Positions 36,931 through 49,400 of a stretch of 64,000 nucleotides of DNA are shown here, piece by piece (position 1 is the stretch's first letter; the number at the start of each line of letters is the position of its first letter). The notes under the pieces were generated by a model. That model did no database searches. It had not been told where the DNA came from and saw only the letters and a list, made by a program, of their open reading frames with translations. The DNA comes from Camelus ferus (Eukaryota), in NCBI RefSeq assembly GCF_009834535.1, contig NC_045696.1:82958001-83022000 (forward strand). Direction: 5' to 3'. The translations under genes were made by a program, and so were the position numbers.

Positions 36931-39049
36931 CATTACATGGTCTCTCCAATGAGACAAACTCCTGCACATACATAAAGGATTATTTTTCATATGATTCCAG
37001 TAAGTGCAGTGAGCCAGGCAACCTACAATGAGTTGAACAAACTTCCATATTGGTGGGTATTTAAAATTTATGGATTTTTCACCTTTTTTCAGCAGTAATT
37101 CTAGGACACTTGAACAAATGGCTCTTAACGGTGTCGCTGGTGGGGCTATAGCCATGTGTTCATGAAGGACATGTGAAACCTGTTAGCTTTGGCACCATCA
37201 TCAATAATAACTTTGCCATTTCCCTCAGCTTGGGAATCAGTCCCTGGGGTTGGATTTGCTAACACCAGCATGAGGTCCCTTATCTAATCAGAGCGAGACC
37301 CAGCCATATTTCAGTGCATTTGACAAGGAATGATGTAATGGTCTTAGTCGAAAATGAGATATGCATTTGACATTTGAATATCACACAGTAATATGATTGT
37401 CAACGGAATTGCCAGTAATAGGTTTAGTAAAAGCATAGTTTAAAATAGGGTAATGGTTTTACTCTACAGCCTTTTTTTCTCCCTGGTCACCATGTTACTT
37501 ACCCCCACACATGTATATATATGTTGACACACTTATACACTCACTTATCTATGAAATAATAATGATTTGCCTGTGAAAACAACCAGGTTGCGTCTGTTTA
37601 AATACGGAGAAGTCACTATTTTTCCACACTCAGGATTTTCCCACATACTGATGAAAAAATAAGAAATCTTCCTGTTTGGATTCCAGTGGTGAGAACTTCT
37701 CCATATGTTCACCATCTCCTTATACTTTAGATATTTTGAAGGTAACAAGAAGTACGTTCCATCCTCAGTAAATTTCCACCAAACTTTCTTACCACAGGTA
37801 AGGATTTTAGGTGAATTTACCAAAATCCTACACAAATTGTATGCAGAAAAGGCTAATCACCATTTGCATAGCAAGAAAAGAAGGAGTACTTGCAATGACT
37901 AAAGGGAATATTTGACCTGTCTAGAAATAGTAGATAAGGTATAATAGACGGCATAACTCCATGGAACACAGAAATGCCACACATAGGCTGAGTTTACATT
38001 GAACTATTGCTAGAAAAACTGCACACGGAGGTCAGTCTTTGACAGATCTAAAAATACAACCATGTGGATCAAATTTTCCAGTCATAGCTTCATCTGTGTA
38101 GATTTTCTCCTTCATTTGTAAAAATCTTGCTGCTTCTGCAGAGGAACTGATTAGACTGTCCACGTTAGTGCTGAGCAACGTATTTCTGAAAATGAGCTTC
38201 AGCCTACAACAATGCAGTCTATTTGCTGTATTTTTTTTTTTAATCTGTCCAAGACCAGCTTTTAGGTCTTACATTTCAAATCTGACAATTTGCCTTTGGC
38301 ATAAACTCTCTCTTGGTGGCAGCTTCTTGAATTTTCACATAAATAATTTTCCAGTTGAGAACACTGTCGATACAGCAATGTCATTAGAACATACATTTTT
38401 AAACCTTTTCTAATGATTAACATACATTTCCATATGTTTTGGTTTTTTTATCTTAGTATAAGAGAATAATGTTACCCACATTCACTTCAACTCATAAACT
38501 AATGCTTTAGAGCAACTGAGCTGGAAGATGAAACAGTTATTGGAATATTTTACAAAAATGTTGTTTCATCAAGGACTTAATTTTTCCCTAGGACCTCAAT
38601 CACATCTGAAAGTGCTTTGTTTTCTAGGCCACTTGATTGGTTTAGCAACTTAATGCTCTAGTAATGCTAAGACACTATTGGAAAAAGGCTTTGACTAAAA
38701 TGTATGTTTTGTCCTATATCATTTAAAAACAAAATTCCCCAAACAAGCACATTTTATAGATAATTGAAGCTTATTCCACTAAGTAACCAATGTTTTATGT
38801 TTAAAATTTGTTCATGTTTTGGTAGAATTTCCCCTAAACATTTCTAATTCACCTGAAGGCCAAATGTAATGGGTTAATTGTGGTGTCTCCCTGGCTTATC
38901 ATTTCCCTGCCTGTAGGACCAGTGGCCTTAGTAGACAGGCTGATCCCTCAGGAACCACTTGTGAACTCTTTCTCATGGACTTCTCTGATTGTCTCATTGT
39001 TAGACACCTGACTTAAACTAAGTCATTAAGTCCTTCTCCATGATTTTTC

Positions 39050-39370
39050 AAATAAAAGTAAGTTATAGTCCTTGGAATTGAAGTGATGGGAGCTAGGGAG
39101 ATAATGCTAATATACTGCTGGCAGCCATTATCCACAACATGGAGGAAGCCAGTCTGCAGTGGGAGAAATGACACTTGGAGAGGCCCAGGTGAGCAGAGGA
39201 ATTAAAGATTGAAAGAGGGGCTCCTGGGGAAGATCAGTTAATCTGCTCACTTATCTCTGAGGCTGTACCTCTGTTCTTCCTGAGGCTAGGAAAGTAGCCT
39301 TCTGGTAAGTTTCTTTTATTGTGTAAAAGCCCGTTCCATTTGAATTTCTGGCACGTGAAACCAAATGATC
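39050..39370 (+). mobile_element. MaLR LTR fragment (MLT1K/L-like)
   Basis: gctggcagccattatccacaacatggaggaagccagtctgcag...ttgaatttctggcacgtgaaaccaaa. Confidence 0.55.
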
Positions 39371-39829
39371 TTGGCAACATTATCCCGTATTTGTGTTGTC
39401 TACAGCTGATTCAGGCAAACGTCTGAACGCCATCACAGAACAGACTGGGTGATTTTTATGTGAAGCTCAGTCAGTGTAATTTTACGGAAGCAATGGAACC
39501 TTTCACAGGAAATTTTTTCTTAAAAATGACAATGACATTGATCTTCTTAGACATAGCATACTGAACGCAACTTTGTATTTTCTTGATGATTTAGAGCCTG
39601 TATACTAAAATAAATTTAAATTGTTGTGCTCTCATAACTCAGTATCACATTCAAGAGGTTTTTGAAATAGGAGAGGCTATTTAGACCCAAACTAAACGGC
39701 CTCAGACAGCTATGCTGTGGAAGATATTGGATCTAATTTAAAAGAAATCTCTGTCATTCCTACATTGACTTGTTGTTGGCTCTCATCTCCTGCCCCTAGA
39801 AAGCGGTGGCTTGAGAAACAGCCCGGCCA

Positions 39830-40020
39830 TTAGAAGTGGAGAGATCTGGGTTGGTCAGAATGAGTACTCTTTTGCTTACCAGCTGCTTGACCTTGGGTAG
39901 GTTATTTCAGTGCCTGACCTTGTCTCCCCTCTTACAAAACTGGCTTAAAAGTAGACTTTTTTCTAAAGTATAAATTAGATAATACATGTAAAACACATAT
40001 AGGAGTTTGATAAATGTTAG
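39830..40020 (+). mobile_element. MIR fragment
   Basis: cttaccagctgcttgaccttgggtaggttattt...taaattagataatacatgtaaaaca. Confidence 0.65.
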
Positions 40021-41158
40021 GTCATTTCTGGTAACCATTCCCACTCAATTTACTGCTCCTAAATTGTCCTAGGCTAGGAAAACAAGTCTGAGGATATGAA
40101 ATCTGAAGTTTTGATGGTCATTAAAAGTGACTCAGTTTAAAAAATCACTTTAAAGATCATCTACTTCAAAGTTTACTTAATTAAAAACGACTTGACCATA
40201 TTAAGTGCTCTCTACAAAGTCCCTGTCATATGCTTAGACAAATACTTCCCCATTCTACCCCAAAGGGTGCCTATTTGTTCGTTCCACCCTTGGGCAGCTA
40301 AGATTATTGGAAAGTTCTAGTTACATTGAGCTCATTGCATATTGGAATTGGTTCCACCCACCTTCATCACCAAGTAGGTAGAAGTAATATTGTGTGCTTC
40401 TGTATAATGACTGTTCAGATATTTGAAGGATACTGTCTTGTCCCCCAAACTTTTTTCATCCATGTTAAAAATGTCTGCTTATTTTATTTCATCTTCTTTA
40501 ATCAACTTCTCAATATTGCCGAGTTTATCACTTTGAAATTTGTGCAGAGGTATTGTCTGAGTCATTTGGAATAGAATCAGAATTCTCTAAGAGCATCCCC
40601 AGATTTCATTTTTGATAACTAAGCAGAAAGTGCTCAAACAGAGAGATGTTTGTAACCTGAATGAAGTTATCATCAGTGAACCTAAATTACAGCCCAAGGT
40701 CCTTCTCAAGAATCAGTTAGGAAAATTTGTTCACTATCAATCAAAGCTAAATCAGGTCTCTTTTTAGTTTTCTGTAGATATATATCTATGCACCAATTAT
40801 AAAATCTTTTATCTTACCCATTTTTGAAACTAGATATTTGCATGTTTCTGTGATTTTCCAAGATTACCACGTGGTTCTGTCATCTCAGTTGTAAGTGATT
40901 TTACCACAGTAAGCTGGACTTAGGACATGTAGAATTCTAGGTATTCTTAAAATCATGATTGTCATTTTGATATAACTCATTTCCATTCTTGTTTTATATA
41001 TTTCTGCCTGAAAAAAATTTCTACCGTTAGAGAATTGCTTTCTGTATGTCATTTACAAAAATTGCTTCAAGTAGACATCCAATATTTTCTTGATTGCTTT
41101 TCTCTCAATAACGCTGAAAACTGAAAGACTCTATTTGATACCTTTTTGGTGTGCATGT

Positions 41159-41163
<5 letters not shown>

Positions 41164-41205
<42 letters not shown>
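41164..41205. repeat. (TG)21 microsatellite
   Basis: Directly visible. Confidence 0.98.
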
Positions 41206-41206
<1 letters not shown>

Positions 41207-41224
41207 TGGGGTTAAGGGTCAGGA

Positions 41225-41587
41225 TATTTAGGACTTTAACCCAAATGACGGGATGATGAGTGTGAGAGTTTAAGTCGGCTGCAAAAGTTTAGAGGGAAAA
41301 TAATCCTCACAAGAGACCATCCTCCAATTTGATAATTTATAAAAAGTGTCTCAGAATTCACTAAAAGTGATTATACCATTGGTTACAGTTTATTACAGGG
41401 AAAGGATATAGACTTAAAACCAACCAAGGGAGGAAGAGCACAAAGCAGAGTCCAGGGAAAGTACCAAATGTGGGGCTTCCATTGTCTTCTTCTTGTGGAG
41501 TCGTGTGTTAACTTTCCTGGCATTGGTGTTTGATAGAACACATGGACTGCTGACACATGGAGTATTGCCAGCCAGGGATGTTCAGTA
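41225..41587 (-). mobile_element. MER21/MER77-family LTR fragment
   Basis: ggttacagtttattacagggaaaggatatagacttaaaaccaaccaagggaggaagagcacaaagcagagtccaggg...gagtattgccagccaggga resembles antisense MER21C. Confidence 0.7.
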
Positions 41588-41710
41588 GACACCAGAGCTG
41601 CTGGTGTTTTGATTTTGGACTTTTTAAACTCCAGAACTATGAGAAATAAATGTTTATCTAGTATATAACCATATAGTGTATGGTATTCTGTTATATTTGC
41701 TCTAGCTGGC
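41588..41710 (+). mobile_element. MLT1 LTR 3' end
   Basis: gctggtgttttgattttggactttttaaactccagaactatgagaaataaatg...tatggtattctgttata. Confidence 0.8.
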
Positions 41711-42169
41711 TATATATTTGTCATTTTTCCCCACAAAATATGACATGTAATAGGTACTCAATAAATATTTTTTCAGTAAATAAATTAATATACACACGAA
41801 ACTGCTTGTTTTTATTAAGATCTTACTACCTTCTTATGTTTAACATTCCTTATGTGCTCTTATCATTTTTCATGTGTCCGTAGAAACTCTGAGCTTATTT
41901 TACATAAAACCAGATTTCTATCTTCTCTTGTGAAATCGGAAGCCCAGGCAGACTCCTCAATAATAATTGTTGAAGCTGATGAGCATCCATCCCCTTTAGA
42001 CTGAATAACACCCCCAAGTTCATCGTACTATTTTCTGTTATCTGTCACTTTGTGGTAGTCGTCTCTTTCTGATTAGAGTGGGTTACTGACCCCTTCATAT
42101 GACAAGTGTCTTGACCTATTTTGAGGTTTCAAAGGTAGCTTCACTCGGGTAATTACCAATAATAATCCA

Positions 42170-43870
42170 CTTAGAATAATAAAATGGGAAAAGAAAGTGC
42201 ATTTTAAAAAAGACACAAAATTATATCTAAGAATAAATTCAGTGACATATTGAGAATATCTATATGAGTGCAAAATTTTAGTGAGAGACATATAATTAGT
42301 TTTGATTATATAGGGATATACATCATATTCTTGAATGCAAATATTATAAAGATGTAGGTTTTCCCCAATAAATGTACAGACTTAAGACATTTCCAATAAA
42401 ATGGATTTTAAAGCCCCTATGGAAGAGTATATAAATGAAAATAAACAAAAAATGTTATGAGAGAATAAATAATGAAAGGAGCTTTCAAAATCAGATACCA
42501 CGTTATTAAAGGTATAATAAGGACTCTGGCGTGGTACTGGTGTAAGGACGGATGAACTGACGGGAGGGGATAGAAAACTGAGAAAGTGACCCAGGTCATA
42601 CTCATCACTTTACTCAATCAAATTGTTTCTATTTAGAGAATATCATATGATGAAAATTGGAAATTCATGCCATATTTGAATAAACAGAAATGTATTGATT
42701 TGCATATATCAGTATGAGGGATAAAAAAAATTGCCCTGGATAATGAGGAAAAACATGCATTTTCTAATATAATAAAGAATCCATTTTATTTAGTGGGGAA
42801 GAATGGCTTAATCTATGGGAGAGATGGCATAATTTGTTGATTAATTAGAAAATATGAAGCTTTATTTTTACTTCATAATATTTTTAAAAACCACAGATGG
42901 ATTAAAATGTTAAAAAGTACATAGTTTTAAAGTCATAAAATCAATAACATATAGATGAAAATAAATCTGATTCTTGGTAGAAACACAAAGTAAATAATCA
43001 AAAATATAACTGTTAATAAAGTCAAGTACATTAAAATGAATATTGTATTAATAAAATATGGTAAATGATAAAATAAATGGTAAACTAGTAAAAATGATTA
43101 AAAAAAGTAAAATTAAAGAACAACTGCTTTTATTTATGAAGAATTTTATAAATTAATAAGGTATGTTAATAAGAGGAAAATTGGTAAAAGAAAAAAACCC
43201 AGCAACTCATCATAAAAGTTATGAACAATACAAGTAAACTATATCACAAAAATTGAAGAAATGTATACTAAAATATTAATAAAAATGATTTTTCACATGT
43301 AATATTAGCAAAGATAAAAAAATGATCATTTTCAATATTGGCAAAGGTGGTGGGAAATGAGGGCAGTCATAAATTATTTTTAGAAATGTAAGCTATCAGC
43401 TTTTCAGAGAGCAATATGGATACGATATAACAAGTCTTAAGAATATTCACACATTGGAGCCAGCAAGCTCACTTCTAGGAATGTACTCTAAGAAAACAAC
43501 TTGATATGTTAAAAAAGATTTATGGTCATTTTTGTTCTTTGTTACATTGTTTATGCTGCCATAAAAATATTCAGCAAAAGAAGTATGGTTAAATAAATTA
43601 TGTTCAGTGAATGAATTCAGCAGAACCATGAGAAAGTGAAGTGAACAAGCAGAGCATAACCGAAGTTTTATACATACATATGTAAGTACATATCTTTAAA
43701 AATAGAAGAGTTACTAAAAGAAATTACACAAAATATTAACAATAATATGTAGAATTAATTTTTTCTACTTTACAGTATTTTTCAAATTTAAAGTTTCCTT
43801 TTTATTTATATATTTTTAATTAAAATAATAAATAAATACATTATTATACAAAAACCAAAACCAAAAAAAA
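42170..43870 (+). mobile_element. Old L1 (L1ME-type) 3' region
   Basis: A-rich ORF2 3' remnants and 3' UTR motifs (attggcaaaggtggtgggaaatgagg; ccagcaagctcacttctaggaatgtactctaag; tggttaaataaattatg), with an A-rich end. Confidence 0.75.
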
Positions 43871-43894
43871 AACAGTGAAATGAAATGAAATGAC

Positions 43895-44210
43895 CCTAGT
43901 TCTTCGCCCTTGTGGAGCTAGAGGTCTTGAGGGGGATACAGGTTTAAATGTTATCAAAAATCTTCACTGTCTTAAATGCCCTGACAGAGGTTCTGGGTGC
44001 CACGGAAACACAAGAAAACCAAATGGTGCCCAGAGGAAGTGATGTCTCAGGTAAGAACTGCAGGATGAGTAAGAAGCAGGTAAACTGGGGAGGTTGAGAC
44101 AGAGACGCACGTTGATTGAGGAGAGAATATTCCAGAGAAAGGAAATTTCCATCAGTCTCAGGGGTGGAAGGAAAGATGATGCGCTGTGAGAGCTGAAGGC
44201 AGCTTACAAT
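43895..44210 (-). mobile_element. LINE-2 fragment
   Basis: gcccttgtggagctagaggtc...gggtgccacggaaacaca...aatattccagagaaaggaaa. Confidence 0.6.
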
Positions 44211-44411
44211 CTTCAGTTGAAACCTACATGGTCATAATGTATTATCCTTTGTATTTAATTCTGAATTGATCCCTTTGCCAGTAATCTTCCTTATTTTGAG
44301 GTCTATTTTGTCTGATACTAATTGGTCACTTTGGAAGATTTTTTAATTTTGTGCTTTCATGGTCTCCCTTTTTTCATCCTTTTACTTTTTACTTATTGCT
44401 GTACTCATACT

Positions 44412-44911
44412 TGTGATGGATAATTTTATGCCTCAACATGACTGAGCCACAGGCTGCCCAGATATTTGGTTAAACTTTACTCTGAGCGTCTGTAAGGATG
44501 TTTCTGGATGAGACTAACATTTGAATTGGCACATTGAGTAAAGCCCATTACCTTCCCCAAGATAGGTGAGCCTCATCCAAACAACTGGGGTCCTGAATAG
44601 AACCAAAAAGGAGGAGTAAGGGGGAATTGAGTCTCTGCCTGGTTGTTTTTAAGCTGGGACATTGGTTTTCTTCCCAACCTGAACTGGAAGCCTTCAGGTT
44701 CAAACCAGAAGTATCTCATCATTTCTCCTGTGTCTTCTGCTTGCAGATGGCAGATTGTGGGACTTACTAGCCTCCATAATCACGTGAGCCAATTCAACAA
44801 ATACATATATATGTAAAGAGATTTATTATATATATGAATATGTAAGTTTGTCTACATGTGTATGTATATACCATATTGCTTCTGTTTTCTGGTGAATCCT
44901 GATTTAAAACA
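44412..44911 (+). mobile_element. MLT2 (ERVL) solo LTR
   Basis: TG...CA termini. tgtgatggataattttatgcctcaacatgactgagcc, ctggatgagactaacatttgaattgg and ccataatcacgtgagccaattc are MLT2C/D hallmarks. Confidence 0.9.
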
Positions 44912-46548
44912 CTATTTAAAGTGAGTTACTTGTAGACAGCATAGAGTTAGGTCTTGCTTTTTAGTTCAATTCAAACCACTCTGTTTTGGGGTAAGGGATT
45001 CTCTGTTTCTATGTTTGAAAAAAATATTTTAGCCAGTAAAAATGTTGACAATTTCCCTTCCTTCCTTCCTTCTTTCCTTCCTTCTTCCTTCGAATATTTT
45101 GCTTCATTGTCCCTGGCTTGTACAGTTTCCGACATAAAGTCTGCTAATATATTTATGTTTGTTTCTTAGTATATATTTTCCAGTGACTTTGAAGACTTTA
45201 TCATTGTTTTTCAGTAATATGACTATGATATGCCTTCATACACTTTTACTCATGTATATTTTCCTTGAGATTCTTTATACTTCTTATATTGGTGGACAGA
45301 TTATTTGGATCAATTTTTTAAAACAGCATTATTTCTTCAGAATTTTTTCCTATTCCTTCCTCTCACCTCTCTTGGAATCCAGTTACACATATATTAGACT
45401 GTTTGATATTGCCTCATAGGTCACTGATGTTTTGTTCATAATTTTCCACCTTTTTTTCTGTGTTGCATTTTGGGTAGTTTCAGTGCATATGTTTTAATAG
45501 TTTATACCACTTCAATAGTTTTTTTCAGTAGTCTATTACTATGTTTTTTCTACAGTGACTAATATACTGCCAATCTCACCCAGATTATTTTTAAGTTTTA
45601 TTTTTCATCTTTAGAAGCTCTTTTTCATGTCTTTTATTTTTCTTTCCATCATGCCCATGTTTTTGTCTACCTACATAAACATATGTTTATGACTAATTCA
45701 ATGTGTTTTTCTGGTAATTCCTTTATCTTTGTCATTTCTATGGCCATTTCTATTGATCACTTTTCTCCTAGTTATAAGTGATATTTTCCTGCTAATTTGC
45801 ATGTTTGGTAACTTTTTTTTAAATGGATGCTGGATACTGTAAATTCTCTCTTATTGGTAGTTGGACCATATTGTATTCCTTTCGTTAGTGTTGGATGTTG
45901 TTCGTGTCCAGTTATGTTACTCAAAATAAATTGTAACATTTTGAGACTTGTTTTTAACTCTTCTAGAATGGAAGCAGAGGATCCTTCGGTTTAGGGCTAA
46001 TTCAGTCCACTGCCAAGGCATGTCTCTACGAGGCGTCTACCCCATTATTGTAATATAATGTCTTTCTGCTCTGGCTGGTGGGAACTCAGACTACTCTCCG
46101 ATTTCTGAGAGCATCAGGGGTTGTTCTACCTGCTCCTTTCTGATGGCTCTTTCTCTGAACTGAGATCATTTTCTCTCAGCTGGCACCAATTAGCACTCAG
46201 CCAAAACCTGAACATTTCCTCTGCAGATCTTTGGAGCTTTCTCTCTGTGTAGGGCGGAGTCTTTACCTGAAAATCCCTCCTTTCTGGTACTCTATTTCTA
46301 AATTCCAGTTATCTTAGCCTCCCTGAACTCTTTGATCTGTTTTCTGAACTCAGAGAGACCATAAGGCACTTTTGGATTTTTCTTCCCTGATTCTCAACCT
46401 GGGAACTGCCTCCAGGGATCAGGCTGACATGATTGTATAGTTCATCTTGTTTGTTTCCCTTCTCTCAGAGATCGTAGTACTGTGGTTGTGCCCTGTAATT
46501 GCTGAAACTGTGTGTATCTACATACACACGCACACACATATATATAAA

Positions 46549-46769
46549 CAGTTGACTTTCAAACAACATGGGTTTGAACTACGGGGGTCCACTAATACAT
46601 GGATTTTTTTTCCAGTAAGTACTATAGCAATGCACAATCCATGAATGGTTGAATCTGCAGATGCATGTGGAACCGTGGACGTAGAGGGCTGACTGTAAAG
46701 TTATACATGGATTTTCGACTGGGCAGGGAGTGGAAACCACTAACCCTTGGGTTGTTCAAGGGTCAACTG
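46549..46769. mobile_element. Tigger2-family MITE (TcMar)
   Basis: Terminal inverted repeats cagttgactttcaaacaac / gttgttcaagggtcaactg in a TA-rich context; 221 bp. Confidence 0.9.
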
Positions 46770-47229
46770 TGTATATGGCCCCTGACATCCCAGTTTTCCA
46801 GTTGTTTAACCTGAGGGACTAAATCTGGGCCTGCTGCTTCATCTTATACACAAGAGTAAGTCAATGTACATTTATTTTTCTGATGGAAATTTAAGCTCTT
46901 GAAAACAGGTATACATCTATTAAATGAATTAACCTAAGCAAGTTGCTTACCTGATCACAGCCTTAATTTTCTTGCACATAAAGTATTAATGCTCCCCTAC
47001 TTGAAGACTGGAATGTAATTAGGATCCAACGTGACAGAAAAAATTCTTTGTGAACTGTGACGCTCTAGCCAAATGACAATGTTGAGCACCGTGGTGAGGA
47101 TGGGGTGATGGAAGTGTTGGTGACTGTTTCACATCCATAACTATTCAAAGAATAAGACAATGTTTTAGAAAGATTTACTTACAAAAAAAAAAAAAAGTCC
47201 TGTGAATAATAATAGTACATACACACTCT

Positions 47230-47620
47230 GGGTCTTGTAAGTGAGTCAACAGCAGCCTTTTCCAAACTGGTTTTAAGCAAAGAGAGTGGGTATTTTCTCC
47301 TTGATTGGGAAGGCCAGGCCGTGGGGCAAACCCAGCCAACGCTCGCATTTCAGCGCTGTCAGTGCTCTCCCTCTCTCTTGAGGACTCTAGCTCTTTTGCC
47401 TCTGCTCTGCTTCCTTCTCAGATTTTCTCCAGGTGGCAGCAAGATGGTTGTTGGCAACTCCATCTCATATTCCAACAGCTTGGCAAAATGAGTAGACAGA
47501 ATGCGTCTTTCAAATGTTGTTCTGGCAGAAAGTTCCTGAATCTTATTTGGGTGATTTTTCCCTTTTTCTGGACCAATCACTGTGACCAGGGGAAAATGAT
47601 ATTCTAATTGACCAGCCATC
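47230..47620 (-). mobile_element. MaLR LTR (MLT1K-like)
   Basis: ttccaaactggttttaagcaaa...ccaggtggcagcaagatggttg...ggaccaatcactgtgaccagggga. Confidence 0.7.
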
Positions 47621-47964
47621 TGAAATCAGAAACATTTTATTAGATACCAAGGATTCAAAAAGCAATAGAATATGATCTTTGATCTTTCAGATTTAGTATT
47701 TACAGGGTACAATGAGTCACAAAGGAGAGTATGGTCAGTTCTACTCAATCAGTTCACAATATGTTTTCCATGTTTTGGTACTTTCTTTAGCATCCTTGTT
47801 TGCAACTCTAATACCCTGTGCCACTTTGCTTTGTGGAGAAACAGAAAACCAGGCAATAGGAAGCAAGCAAGCTTTGACAAGAGAATCTACATAACAATTG
47901 AAAAATGCTAAATCACAACACTATGTAAATTACACAAATATACGGAAAAAACAATACTCGCATT

Positions 47965-48214
47965 GACCCACCTCTGTCTTCCCTCCTTTTCATATATAAT
48001 ATACTTCAGTGATTTTTTTAAGTACTATCTGACATTGTTGTTATTTTCCTTTGTGCCCTATCTCCCATACTAGACAGTTAACAACTTGAAGGCAGAGAAA
48101 GACTGTGCTTTTTCATTTTTGCATTCTCATAAGTGCCAGGACAGTGCCTTACCCACCTTAGGATCTCAATGAATTATTTGTTGAATAAATGAATGAATGA
48201 ACAGATGAATGAAT
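47965..48214 (+). mobile_element. LINE-2 3' end
   Basis: cccatactagacagttaacaacttgaaggcagaga...ctcaatgaattatttgttgaataaatgaatgaatgaa. Confidence 0.85.
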
Positions 48215-48435
48215 AGTTAATTATTTAGGGTGTGTGAGGTATCATTCTGATTGCTTTACATATATTTACTCCTGGTATCCTCCCAGCAATCCTATGAGAT
48301 AGATTCTACTTATTCCTTATTTTACAGTTGAGAAAATTAATGCACAAAGAGATTGTTACTTGCCCAAGAGCTTATAAGCAAGAACTAGGTTTCAAACTCA
48401 GGCAACCTGATTCCAGACTGCTCTATCTACTGCTT
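48215..48435 (-). mobile_element. MIR SINE
   Basis: atcctcccagcaatcctatgagatag...attttacagttgagaaaa...cttgcccaag...ttcaaactcaggcaacctgattccaga. Confidence 0.85.
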
Positions 48436-49130
48436 TAAAAAAAAAAATGTTATTGAAATACTTCACTAAAGAATTGGAGACAAAAAAGAAAAATGTATGC
48501 TGTACCTTTTAATAATCAACAGCCTATTGGCCATCTCTGAAAGAAACAGCATATACTTAGCTCAGAAACTGTCAAAGCACAGTGTTTATCCATTAATTGG
48601 ATGAGTCAAATGATGATGCAAGGAAAACCTTCAATGGTGAGCTAGGCAATCACCTGAGTGGTTGTTAGCATTGTATGAAGGCTGAGAAATGATTCTTTCT
48701 TTGTTCTTAGGTAGCCATGAAGAAATGTAGTAAACAAAATTAAGTAACAGTTTGCTTCAACTCTCGGTGATGCAAAGAAACCAGATTCTGAGTTCAGTAG
48801 ACAACAAATTACTTGATTCATACAACAAAGCTTAAGAAACCTTAGCTATTATAGAGGGAACCCATGGCTTTAACAATAGAAGCAGTAATTGCAACAGCAG
48901 GTAAGCCCAGGACCACCACGAGGCAACCTAGGACTGTTGTCTACAGCTATATCTGGAGTAATTTTTTATGGTTTGTCTCTTGGATCTGTGATCATTGCTT
49001 TTATCTTGATTCCTATGTTTGAAACACTTGGGTCAAATCTAGTCAATAAACATAGAAGACTTCAGTGAGAACTGTGTAATTTGAGTAATTTCTCTGTGCT
49101 AACTTCTTTACTCTCCTTTTCTTGGAATAT

Positions 49131-49400
49131 TGTCTTAGTTTACTCTTGTCTCTAAGTAACTGAAACCTCAAGTGAAATAAGCTGAAAAAATAACAAAATT
49201 ACTTTACTTGTGTGGAAGGAAGTTCAGAGGTTGGAGAATCATCTCTTTCCTCTGATGCCACCGTGTCAGTTAGCTTCTCGGGCTGATTCTCCTCTTGGTC
49301 ACAGAATGGCTGCCAGTAGAAAATGCCATCTTTATTCATGAAAAATGGGTGGAAGAGTCTGGCTACCTGTGACGGCATCTTGAGAAATGGAAAGAACATA
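49131..49400 (-). mobile_element. MaLR LTR fragment (MLT1I/J-like)
   Basis: tgtcttagtttactcttg...aagtaactgaaacctcaa...ggtcacagaatggctgccag. Confidence 0.6.

Larger units (their letters stand above)
44215..46862 (-). mobile_element. Old L1 (L1MC/L1ME-like) with 5' region, interrupted by MLT2 and a Tigger MITE
   Basis: tctattttgtctgatactaatt, tcatccttttactttt, T-rich antisense ORF1 text, and the 5'-end-like ccagttttccagttgtttaacctgagggactaaatctggg. Confidence 0.75.
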
